DNA of 64,000 bases from Amphiscolops sp. MND2022 (taxonomy: Eukaryota): the NCBI GenBank assembly GCA_964187785.1, contig OZ076411.1:54250001-54314000 (forward strand). Direction: 5' to 3'. A program made the position numbers and the translations under genes. Shown piece after piece: positions 31,261 through 42,500 of the stretch (position 1 is the stretch's first letter; the number at the start of each line of letters is the position of its first letter). The notes under the pieces are model-generated. The model was given only the letters and a program-made list of their open reading frames with translations. It made no database searches and had not been told where the DNA came from.

Positions 31261-33141
31261 TATCGTCTAGCGCAGGGTTCGAACTCACACGCAACGAAGA
31301 GAAACTTGCGTTATCATCTGGCGAACAGGACGTTATGGGAAAGACGTTGAAGCTCCAGGTCAAAAAGAAGAGTTTGTGACAGTTTTGGTGAAGAAAAAAT
31401 TTCGTAATGCTTCATGGACAAATTCAAGATTTATTGCTTCAAAAAAAGAAAAGGAATAATAATAATAATATAATTGAATAAATGTTACATTGAAGACTAA
31501 ATGAGAAACACCATAAAAAGAACCACCTGAAAAGAATTACAGAAAAATACAAAAGAGAAATGTGTATAACAAAAATCCTGTTTTTCAATTTTTGTCAAGG
31601 TTTGTGTTTCTTGGGTATATTTTATGTTTTTGGAGTTTTTTGTTTTTTTTTTGCAGTGAAATTGCGTGATAACATTTTTCTACTTGCTTTCTGTCATGGT
31701 TATTGTACAACTCAGAAATTATATTTTTGTCAAAATGCAAACTCAAAGGTTTGCAACTATTGCAAGAAAGACTTTCAAGGTCTCCAAATTCTAAGTTTGA
31801 TTTACTTGTGCTTTTTTCTAGAAAACGACACGCTTAGTTTTCGTGAAGTTACAATGAACACCATTTATTTTCATGCCACTTCGTATCGAACTTGTACACG
31901 TTGATCTTGGAATGGATTTTTCAATCATAGCAGTGCCATCTGCGTCACGTGTGAGGTCGCCCTAGATGAGAAAAACAAACAAGAAACAAACAAGGGATTC
32001 AGTAATGATCCCTGTGAGACCCCGCAGTTTATCGGTTGAAATTCGAACATTCGTCTTCAATTTTCAAAATCTGATTTTATCTGCCTCAAATTTGAAAAGT
32101 TTGAAAGTGTTGACTCTGACACCGATATGTTACTTCATTTTATATGGCGGTTATGGCCAGCATGGTCAAATGTTTTTCTGAAGTCAATAAAGTGCATTTT
32201 GCAATAAAATTGTATAACCAGTTTGCGAGTTTTTTGCAAGTGCGATAGTGCTGCATGTATCGACTCTCTTCTTCGCGAATCTGTAATCATTTTCAGGACG
32301 AACTCGAATTTTCTAAAAGTTATCAGTTTTCTTTGGAGACCTCGGACAGTTTCATAAGTTCAACCAATAAAGAATTAAGTCTGTAACTGTTTGCTAGTTT
32401 TTTTCCGGCTTCGTAGATTCTTACTTTTTGGGGGAACGCCTTCTGAAAAGCATTTATTGAATATGCAGTTTTCAACGAACAACCAACAATATTAGCCACG
32501 TGCCTCAGTTGCTGACTTTTCGAAAACTAGCCTCCAATGTGATTTTTTAGGTTTCAGTAGCTGTATTGGAATATTGTCTTCAGTCATCAACGGATAACTC
32601 AAATGCTTTTTTTCACTTGACTGCATACTCCTCCGATAGTTTACAAAAAAAAACAGAAGAGTTCTTTTTGAATATTTCAACGGATCTTGTTCTGAACATC
32701 TTTCCGTTTTGCAATCCTAATTACCATGTTGATTTCGTTGTTCGGTTTCGTTTTATATCTATTGTAACGCTTTCGTGTTCTCAAAATGAATTGATGGTCC
32801 TTTATCTCTTATTACGATGTGTCCTTTGTCACCTATATGTGATTCGTTACTTCCCGGGTTCGCGTTTTCATTTCTTTGAGCGGGAAGTAAAGATTTGTTT
32901 CTCGTTTGAGTGTTGTTGCAATATTTTTACTTTCCGCCCATATATGATGGGAAGAAAATCATAATCTGTGTTGCGTTTTTTTTCCAAATTCTTCCAAATC
33001 TCCACGATCTCCATCCACTCAACTAAAATAGTCAAGTAACAAAAAAAGACTATATCAGCAACTAGTATTTAATATTGCGTTTTACTAAGGAGGAGAGGAT
33101 GATGACGAAGATCTATGATATCTGATAGTGGAAAAATAGAA

Positions 33142-33637
33142 AACAAGACGAGAACGTCTAAAGTTGGCGCTATGTCTAAGGCTCAAAAAGCGCAAAACTT
33201 TTGTAGTGGAAAAAAACTTGAAATTTTTGAATTTTTTTCTCTTTCGAAGAATGTCGCATAGTGCCGAAAAATGTAAAAGGGGGACACTTTTGGATTTATT
33301 AACATACATTCTGTTGCAAAATATCAAAAAACTCGAAGGGGACCCTTTGAGGACTATAAAAAATTTTCGAAAAAAAGTCGCACAGTGCCGAAAAAAATCA
33401 AAAGGGGGGACCCTTTAGTCTCGTGTCCGATTCTGTCGGTTACGTTAAAAAAGTAAAAAAAAATGAAAGGGGGGACCCTTTGCACTAAATTTGGCTTGGC
33501 CGGACTTGGCTTTAGGTGGTTTCAGGAATGTATCTAAAAAGTGGACCGATCAGTGTGAGGTCTGTGGTCTGAAGAAAAAGAGGTCAACGCTATAGTCGGG
33601 CCTTTTTTCCTTAAAAGGAAAACGCGCCGACTAAAAA
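33142..33637 (-). mobile_element. HINE family A copy
   Basis: AACAAGACG-AGAA-CGTCT stem-loop plus AGTTGGCGC at the left; AGTCGGGCC...GCGCCGACTAAAAA hairpin at the right. Confidence 0.7.
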
Positions 33638-35857
33638 TAAGGAAAAAAGGAGGAGGGAAATTTTCGATCAAGTGTCTATTGTTAGCCAATTGAAGCCGGA
33701 AAATATCCCGGTGCATAGCGAGCGTCTTGTCAAAGTATAGTTATTTTCATTTTCCCCCTCAACTTTTAAAATCAGAGTGTGGCTCGAAAAGAACATTTTG
33801 ACAATGACGACGTTCTTCCAATTCTCTCAAGGAACTAACATGCTTGAAAAAACACGTTGGATGTGCCGAACTGATGGCCAATCGTGTCACTGTAATTCAG
33901 ACGGGAATAAAAAAATACCACCTATAGCCACCTGAATCCTGGCACCTCAATCTATGCAAGACTAGAACCACCGCTAAGATGTTGAACTTTAGAAGAACGA
34001 AAAAATTTCAGGGTGATTGAGAGTTATTGCGCTTGTAGTCTTGAACCAGGAAAAACTTTTGTAAATGAGCAAAACTTTCAAACCGGGTGTTGTTAACCGG
34101 CTTGCCGTTCGTACGAGGATGAGTGAGCTGGTAGTTTGTCGGATTAAGTACCTCAATAGTTCTTTAATGCAGCTTGTGTTCGAGCAACCATGAGACGTGT
34201 TCGAGGGAAGTGTGCTCACTGGAACAAAATCGAAGTACTTTGGTCGAATAGAACTAGATCGAATGACTAAATTCGATCGCAATTGAATCGACTTACGCAA
34301 ATGAGTACAGTGATTTTGTTGTTTTAATCTGAGCATATCGACATCTTTCTGCTACCTGGATTTATCTTTTTGTTGAAAAAAGCAACCTTCACGTCCTGCA
34401 TTCTTTGTTCACGTTCACCTGATTATCGTGGTTCTGTATTAATTTTGCTGAGGCTAAATCTCACAATCGAACGGGGCTGAGAATGGCATCAGTAGTAGTT
34501 TTTTGTTAGCATTACACCTTAACGTTTCTTCCTTGCTTGTAGATCACAGATTTTTTCCTCACCACCCCAACATGGTGATCAACAAGTCACTGCAATAAAA
34601 ACGACAATCTATGCCATCCGAGAAAATGAAAAATCAAAATCTATCCTTTTTAGGAAGGTTTTCAGGAAAAGTTTGTGGCAGAACTACAACATATCCGCGC
34701 ATATTTCTCCAGCGTGTTCATTTTTTGAATGGAGGCCAACTTTTGAAGTTACTGGCTTGTTTAACGTACAAACTTCTTCTCATTTGGAAGAAGTATATCT
34801 ACGTCTACGCTGTTTGTGAAAGTGAAAAAGTGATCATGTGATCTGTGCTATTGTTTGATTTGTGGAGCAGTTTGGCTGGGGCTCTCTGGTGAAATTTATG
34901 CTCCCCTTACCCAGGCAGTGAGCCAGCTCGTAATTCATGTCGTACTGGAGATTGGCCAGATTTGTTCCTACCTTTTCCTGCTGGTCACTTTCTTCATTTC
35001 TCCAGATTGAAGACCCTCGCATTGACCCTCGCTTGAAACTGCTTCAGAAAGTTGGAGAAAACGTCTTCTCGACCGCTTAATTTGTCAAAAATGTTGTACT
35101 GTCGTCATGGTGACCGCGATCTGCGCTGATGATGTTGTAATCAGGTGAACAGACGGCACAGACTGTTAAACATCTGTGTCCCGAACTTTAAAAACAGGCT
35201 GGCTCTGAATGAAGAGGTTTTTCAATTATCATTCGACTTGGTTCAAATTTTCAATTGTGAAGTATAATACAAATGAATACGCATTGCGTAAACATAGCAC
35301 AAAAACAGTTGCGTGTTAAATTAACGAAATCAAACCTAACGTCATGAAAGAACTTTGATGATCAAAAACCAGAGCATTTTGTGTCAAGATGCTAGAACAT
35401 CTAAACAACGACTAGGATTCTGAATTGAACACAAAAATTGTTCAACCTGGGCCCGTTTGTCAACTAGAGCGTTAAAAAAATATGAAACGTACCACAAAAA
35501 CGAAGAAAATAGTGTAAAGGGCATGCATTTTGAATCCCTCTTCGCAAGGAGCGAAAGCTGGATCCTAAACGTTTCACCAGTTGTCTGTTTCATACGACAT
35601 TTCCATTTCCCATGCTCTATTGACAAAAAGTGAACAACAAAGACCTGCCTCAAGTTGAGTTCGCAACTGGCTCTTGACACCACTTTGAACACCCGCTCTC
35701 CTATTCAAGGATGCCAGCAAGTCCTTAATGAAACCCGCAGAACAAAAAGGCTTGAAATTGCCACCACATTTTTAGTATGTTTTTTTAAGCAGCTTGATAA
35801 AATTCGTTTACAACAGGGAAATATTTTTGCATGAAACTTTCTGTAAGAGTTTTAGAG

Positions 35858-38800
35858 AACAAGACACCCGCTGAGCAGCGAGATAATTTCCGCCCCAAAC
35901 TGTTCTAAAACTATTTAAACTTGAGGCTCAAGAATAGTCAATGCACTATGAAAAAAAGTTCGAAGAAAAAAGTTTTGATTCATCTTAGTCCAGTTTTAAT
36001 AGCAACATATAATTTATTGTTTCTGCAATAGCTTCCCACTTTTTGTATTTTCTGCACTATGCGACATACCGCGTGAAGAGAAACTTTTCGAAGACTATTT
36101 TCGAAAAACATCTTTCGCAAATTTTAGTTTTTGAGGTTTTCTGAAAAGGAAATATGTTCCGCGATTCTTGGAGGTGACCACTTTGTCACTTTTGATACTT
36201 TGGAACTGATGAGTTTTCTTGATGATTGTGGAAAATGCCGCTTTTCATTTTTGCTTTTCGGTCATTCTCAGGTTTTCTTCTCTTTTCCCTTTGAAGGTTT
36301 ACTCCATATTTAGTTAATTTGCATGGATCTTTTCGAATATTAAATATTTCACAAATAATGTCGAAAAAAAAATTTACGTTTTCATATAAACTTTTTGAAA
36401 ATTAGGCACAAAAACTTGTCTGATATCTTTCCGAAACACTACCCGGCAGCTACACGTTTCAATCCTGAGCCTATGGGTTTCCTGACTGAAGTTAATTTTC
36501 GGAAAGGTTCCAAAGATGTTACTTGGTTGTCGAAAATTGAGAAAATTCGGAAATTCTGACACCTTTGTTGTAAACTCGAAGAACTTCATCGTACTTTCTT
36601 TCCCAAATTGCGTTTTGAATACCGCATTGTTTCAAAGTTTAGGTAAATGGAATTTCTATTCCACAAAATTTTTGTGGTTTGAAATAAAATTTGGATTGAT
36701 TTGTCGAAAAAAGTGCTTTTTTGTCGTTTGTTGGATTTTGGGGTGTTTTTGAGGCCAATTCCAATATCATTGCAGTTATATATTCAAAAATGCCTACTGG
36801 ATACCGGGATTAGTCTATACAGAGTTTTGTAAACCTCGTTTTGCAAGGAAGTAGCTTAAAAGTTGTACAAAAAGGTGCATAAAATGTTTTAAAAAATGAA
36901 AATTCTCAGTTTTTGAAGTATTTGGGTAATTCTGAGCAAGTTTTCTGTCACAAAATATGCCAATTTCTCTTCAAAAACGTGCTTCGGACATAAATTTATC
37001 ATCCTGAAGTTTTGGAACTTTTATCTTTATAGTTTTCCAATGTCAAAATGTTGTAGTCCCAAAAAAATTCATTTGAAATGCCAGTTATAGGCAAAATTTC
37101 TACTTTTTGCGGTCATTTTTGACCATATTCCAAACCGAAGACTGCAGGTGTTTCCTCAACAGCCTACTGGATTATGATTTCAATCATTGTTGAACGTTTG
37201 CTAACATTCTGACTCCAAAACGATTCAAAAAGTACATATAATATGCATAAAAAATGAAAAGATGAACTTTTTCGAATTTTCGACTCATTTGGAGTCATTC
37301 TGGAGTGTTTTTGAAGCAAAACGCTGCATCGTACTCTTGAAATAATGTACTGCATAGCTTTTGTTTTTCGTTTTGACTGTGTTAAAATTTAGAACGGAAG
37401 CTCTCGGAAATTGTACAGAAATTGCATCAAAAGGACAGAAACTTTAAATTTATTTTTTTTCTGAGTCAGTTTGAGGCAATTTGTGTTAGAAATTGTATTT
37501 ATCTCTCAACTGAAGCTAACTGAAACGAGGATTCTTTCTATTGTTTTTAACGGCTTGATTGACAAAAAGCGCATAAAAACACTGAAAATTTGAAATTTTG
37601 GGTTTTTTCTCATTTTGTGTGTCAATTTGAAATACTTTTCACTTAAAAAACAGCAATTATCTCCTCGGAAACGCTTCTGGACAACAGATTTTTGTCAAGT
37701 TGAGTGTGTTCAATATTCCAATCCACGAAGTCTGTCATAAATTTGACAAAAACTGCATAAAAACTTAAAATTTTGGGTTTTTTTATTTCGGTGCGATTTG
37801 AGATATTTTTCACTTTGAAAACCGCAATTATCTCTTCATAACACTACTGGACACTTTAATATGAAGACAGTTTTCTACATTCCAATCAACGGAGTCCGTC
37901 GAAAATTTGATGAAAATTGCATAAAAACTTTGAAAAGTGGAAAACTTTGGGTTTTTGTCATTTTCGGTTCCAATTTGAGATATTTGAAAACAGCAACTAT
38001 CTCTTCGGGAAAGCCTACTGAACAACGAATTCCTGCCATGTTGAGCCTTTTCAACATTCCAATCTACGGAATCCGTCGAAAATTTGATAAAAATTGCATC
38101 AAACTTTGTAAATTGGAAAACTTTGTGTTTTTTGTGAAATTCGGTGTCAATTTGAGATTTTTTTAAACTTAAAACTGCAATTATTTCTTCATAAATGACT
38201 ACTGGACAACGAATGTTTACCTTGATGACCGTTTTTGACATTCCAATACACAAAGCCTATCGAAAATTTGGCAAAAATTGCATGAAAGATTTGAAAAAAT
38301 GAAAATTTTGGGTTTTTGTCATTTTCGGTTCCAATTTGAGATATTTGAAAACAGCAACTATCTCTTCGGGAAAGCCTACTGAACAACGAATTCCTGCCAT
38401 GTTGAGCCTTTTCAACATTCCAATCTACGGAATCCGTCGAAAATTTGATAAAAATTGCATCAAACTTTGTAAATTGGAAAACTTTGTGTTTTTTGTGAAA
38501 TTCGGTGTCAATTTGAGATTTTTTTAAACTTAAAACTGCAATTATTTCTTCATAAATGACTACTGGACAACGAATGTTTACCTTGATGACCGTTTTCGAC
38601 ATTCCAATACACAAAGCCTATCGAAAATTTGGCAAAAATTGCATGAAAGATTTGAAAAAATGAAAATTTTGGGTTTTTGTCATTTTCGGTTCCAATTTGA
38701 GATATTTTTCATTTTGAAAACAGCAACTATCTTTTCGGGAAAGACTACTGAACAACGACTTCCTTCCATGTTGAGCCTTTTCAACAATCTAATCCACGAA

Positions 38801-39160
38801 GTCTATCGAAAATTTGACAAAAATTCATAAAAACGTTTAAAAACCAAAAACTTGGGATTTTGGTCATTTTGGGGTAATTTTTCTATTAAAAAACCGCAAT
38901 CATCTCTTCATGAAAGACTACTGGACATCAAATTTGTTGCTTGTTGACTCGTTTCAACATTCTAATCCACGATGTCTCTCGAAAAAGTGACAACAATTGC
39001 ATAAGGGCGTTGAAAATTGGCAAAAATATCTACAAATACATATCGCAGGAAGCAAAATTTACGTGAGTTGAGTTCTACGGGTAACACCCATTAAGGTAAG
39101 TATATTTTTTGAAAAAAAATATTTTCCTTTCCCATATGAAATATGGGCGAAAAATAGTAA
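35858..39160 (-). mobile_element. HINE family B, long copy carrying an internal tandem array
   Basis: Left ~140 bp is the reverse complement of about 8975-9117; right ~110 bp is the reverse complement of about 8641-8790. Confidence 0.6.
37559..39000. repeat. Satellite-like tandem array, about 8 monomers of 164-185 bp, with a near-identical 361-bp dimer duplication
   Basis: Monomer starts (TTGA/GCAAAAATTGCAT-like) at about 37559, 37743, 37907, 38084, 38268, 38445, 38629, 38814 and 38987; 37947-38345 is nearly identical to 38308-38706. Confidence 0.9.
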
Positions 39161-39230
39161 TATTGAACACTGATGGCAACTTTAAAGTGTTTACAAAAAG
39201 TTCAAGCATTTTCAACTACGTTAAAACTTC

Positions 39231-39504
39231 TGTTGAATTTCATTCACTATTTCAAACTCGGACTGAAAACATTAAGTACTTCAAGCTCGGACTGAAAACT
39301 TTTCGTACTTCAAGCTCGGACGGAAAACATTTGGATTGACTTTAGTATATTTAGTATTCATTCATTTCTGATTCATTCTGTGATGTTACATTCAATCTTG
39401 TTACATTGAAAAGCTCTTACGAATCGAAGACATTAAGAATAAAATAGGGAACGATTATTCCCGAAAGCTAAAATTGCCCTAAAAGAAACCTTTTCTCTGA
39501 AACA
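39231..39504 (+). repeat. 5' LTR of the Pao element (three internal ~29-bp CTCGGACTGAAAAC repeats)
   Basis: Direct repeat of 46055-46299 and 51860-52104. Confidence 0.88.
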
Positions 39505-39515
39505 TGGCACTCAAA

Positions 39516-42500
39516 ATGGCAAACTAGATTACCACCAAAATTGAAAAAACTCTATGTAACGACAATGCGTCAGCCGAAAAGAAAAAAAACGCGGAGAAAC
39601 AAACTTAGTAGTCTGAAAAAAAAGAAAAAAAACTTTGCGGAAATGAAACACTCCGTCAAAAGAGTTGAAAGCAAGCAGCTTGGTCACATGAATGTGATAG
39701 CAAAACTGGTAAAAGAAGTAGAAACACTAATTTCTGACAGAAATGACTTTTCTAAAAACAATATCTCGTGTGAGAGCGGCAAGGAAAAAGTTGTTAGATT
39801 CTAGGGTAGCAATGGAAAAATTAGATGAGGAAAAGGATGAAGCCTTAGCGGAGGAAGGAGACATAGAAGAAGAAGCGGTAACAGAAAACGTAGAGCGGTG
39901 TCAAGAAGTACTAATGCTTTTGGAAGAGTCATTGTTCAACATTGAGGATTTTGAGGAAGAAATTGAGAAAAGAAAGGTTAAGGAAGTTCTGGAGGAACAA
40001 CAGGGGGCGGCGGTAAACGTGGTTTCGGACACAGGCGATCAGGCGCAACGGGATGTAGCAGTAGTAGAGCGGGTAAATGATTCAGCGGAAAACTTCGTAT
40101 CGTACAGATTGGGCGGTACAGAGCGAGCTTTCACGGAAAATTCGGTTGACGCGGCGGTAGCGGAGGTTCAAGCAGGCGGAAGACGACTGGTCTTTAGTAG
40201 AGATGAGGTTCAACGAGATACAAGTCCTGGCTTGCAATCAGTCGAGGACGGAGATGACAAGGCAGCCGTTTTGGCACATTTCGATTCTTTGGGGCGTAGC
40301 GGAAACACTTTTCAAGGACATCACAGCCAACCGAGCGCACTGGGAACGACAAATTTGAAAACATTGGAGCTTCAAAGTGTAGCGCAGTCACGATTGTGGA
40401 GCAACAATGTGTTGTTGAATGACTATTTCAACCTTGGCGCTGAATTCGGCGGGAATTCCGTTTGGAGTTCATCGAGACCATCCATATCAACAAGCGGTCA
40501 GAGGAATAGAGGAGCTTCAACGATCTCGGAAAAAATTCGGAGTAAAAGTCATCATTTCGAACACAAAGAAGGTGATGTTGGAAGCGTTCGGAGAGCTGGA
40601 GAAGTTGGCGATCGGAGAGATGGAGATGTTGGAGTTGTTGGCGGTTGGATATTTGGAGATATTGGAGATGCTGGTGCAGGCGGAGATGGAAACGCTACTG
40701 ACACAATGCAAGACAAACGCGGCAAAACAAAACGCAGCAAAGCTGCCGTCCTGTTTTCAAACGACAAAGAAGACAGTTTCACAACTTATGCAAAATCTAA
40801 AAGAGAACTCGACAAGCGGAAAAGAACAACCAGAAAGAGAGAAGATGAAGAAAAAGACGACGACGGCCGCGAAGCAGAAGATGTAGAAGAAGATGCAGCA
40901 GAAGGAGAAGAAGAAGAAGAAGAAGAAGAAGAAGACGACGACAAAAATGACGAACAAAACAGCAAAACAGCAAAATGAAGAACAGCAAAAAGGAACAAAA
41001 CAACTCAAAAAGAGCTTCAAAACGTTCTCAAAGCGCGTCAATGTGAAACTTCCAAAAGTGGAACTGCCTAAATTCGACGGATCAGTCACGGAGTGGATGA
41101 GTTTCCGAGACTTTTTCGGAAATGCAGTTCACCGAAACTCATCATTGTCAAAAATTGACAAGTTTACCTACTTGAAGGCAAGCTTGACAGGGAAAGCAGC
41201 AGAAACTATTGCTGGTTTGCCACTCACAAGTGCAAACTACGACAGTGCGTGGGGGCTTTTGGAAAAACAAATCGGGGACAAGCAGAGGTTAATAGCAAAT
41301 TTTATGAAAAAGCTCGTCAAGATTTCCAGTGTAGCAGAGAACAGAGATGTGGCGAGGTTAAGGGGACTTTTAGGACAGGTTGAGGTTATCATTCGAGGTT
41401 TGCAGTCATTGTCAGTTGACGAAAGTACATTTGGTTCTCTTCTCATTCCAATCTTGTTAGAGAAGTTACCTGAAGATATCAAACTGCAAGTAACGCGTTT
41501 GATTTCATCAGAGATTTGGGATTTGAGGGAACTCTTACAGCTTCTCAGCAAAGAGATTGAAGCAAGGGAGAAGTGTGCTTTCTCAACAAACAGGGATAAT
41601 GTATCGGGACAGTCAGGAAAACCATTTGCAGGTGATTACACTACTTCATCTTTTGTAAGTAAGACACAGGAAAACGGATGTGTTTTCTGTTCAGGTCAAC
41701 ACAGTAGTCATAGATGCTTAGTAGTACAGTCACCACAGGAAAGAAAAAAGAAACTGATGCAGAACGGACGGTGTTTCAGGTGTTTGTCTTCTGAGCATCT
41801 ATCGCGGGTTTGTAAGGTGGAACGAGGTTGTTTTAAGTGCGGGCAGAAGCATCATCAGGCTATTTGGTTCAAAATTATGTCAAAAACGAGAGCAGAGGGG
41901 AACAATTCAGACAAATCATGCAAGGGTCGAAATTGGGAAAACAGTTCTCGTCCGGCGGGGGCCGAGGACAAATTTCGAACAGACAAGGTTTCGAAGGGCA
42001 GCGATCGTGAGCAGACATCTTCTCTTTGTTCCAGCTCTGGTACTTTGGTACTATTCGAAACGGCAGTTACCGGAGTTTCTAATGGCAAGGATGAAGCATG
42101 TCGAGGGAGAATACTTCTTGACAAGTGTTCGCAACAATCTTACATTACGGAAGAGTTTGCAGGTCGGTGTAGGTTGAAGGTCGTAGGTCGCAATGTTTTT
42201 GCGGTGAACGCATTTGGTTCTAATGCGGTTCAACAGGTTGAGCAGAACGTATACGAGGCTTCAATTCAGACTTTAACTGGAAAAATGGTTGTTCATCTGG
42301 TGGTGATGAACACTATCTTTTCTCCGTTGCTGAGTCCATGCAACGTTCATGCTGTCAAGGTGCAGCATCGTTACTTGAGCAACCTTCAATTGGCGTACGA
42401 TTTCAACGATGACGTCGTGGGGGCGTTGTCTGTCAATGTTCTGATTGGTTCAAATTTCTTTTACAACTTCGTGACATCGCGAGTCATTGTCGGTTGCTAC

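Noticed and set aside
31263-31330. tRNA-Leu/Ser-like fragment on the - strand with B-box GAGTTCGAACCC
   Set aside because: No convincing acceptor or anticodon stems and only a poor A-box; at most a decayed tRNA-derived SINE piece.
34800-35740. GC-richer, protein-like text on the - strand (e.g. DLLASLNRRAGVQSG...)
   Set aside because: Interrupted by stops in all frames and no recognisable family; a BLASTX would be needed.
37828-38614. Two identical-start 141-aa ORFs as duplicated genes
   Set aside because: They are by-products of the 361-bp repeat and show no protein features.
39255-39330. Short regularly spaced repeats here and at 9740-9850 as CRISPR-like arrays
   Set aside because: There are no unique spacers, the context is eukaryotic, and they are LTR and MITE subrepeats.
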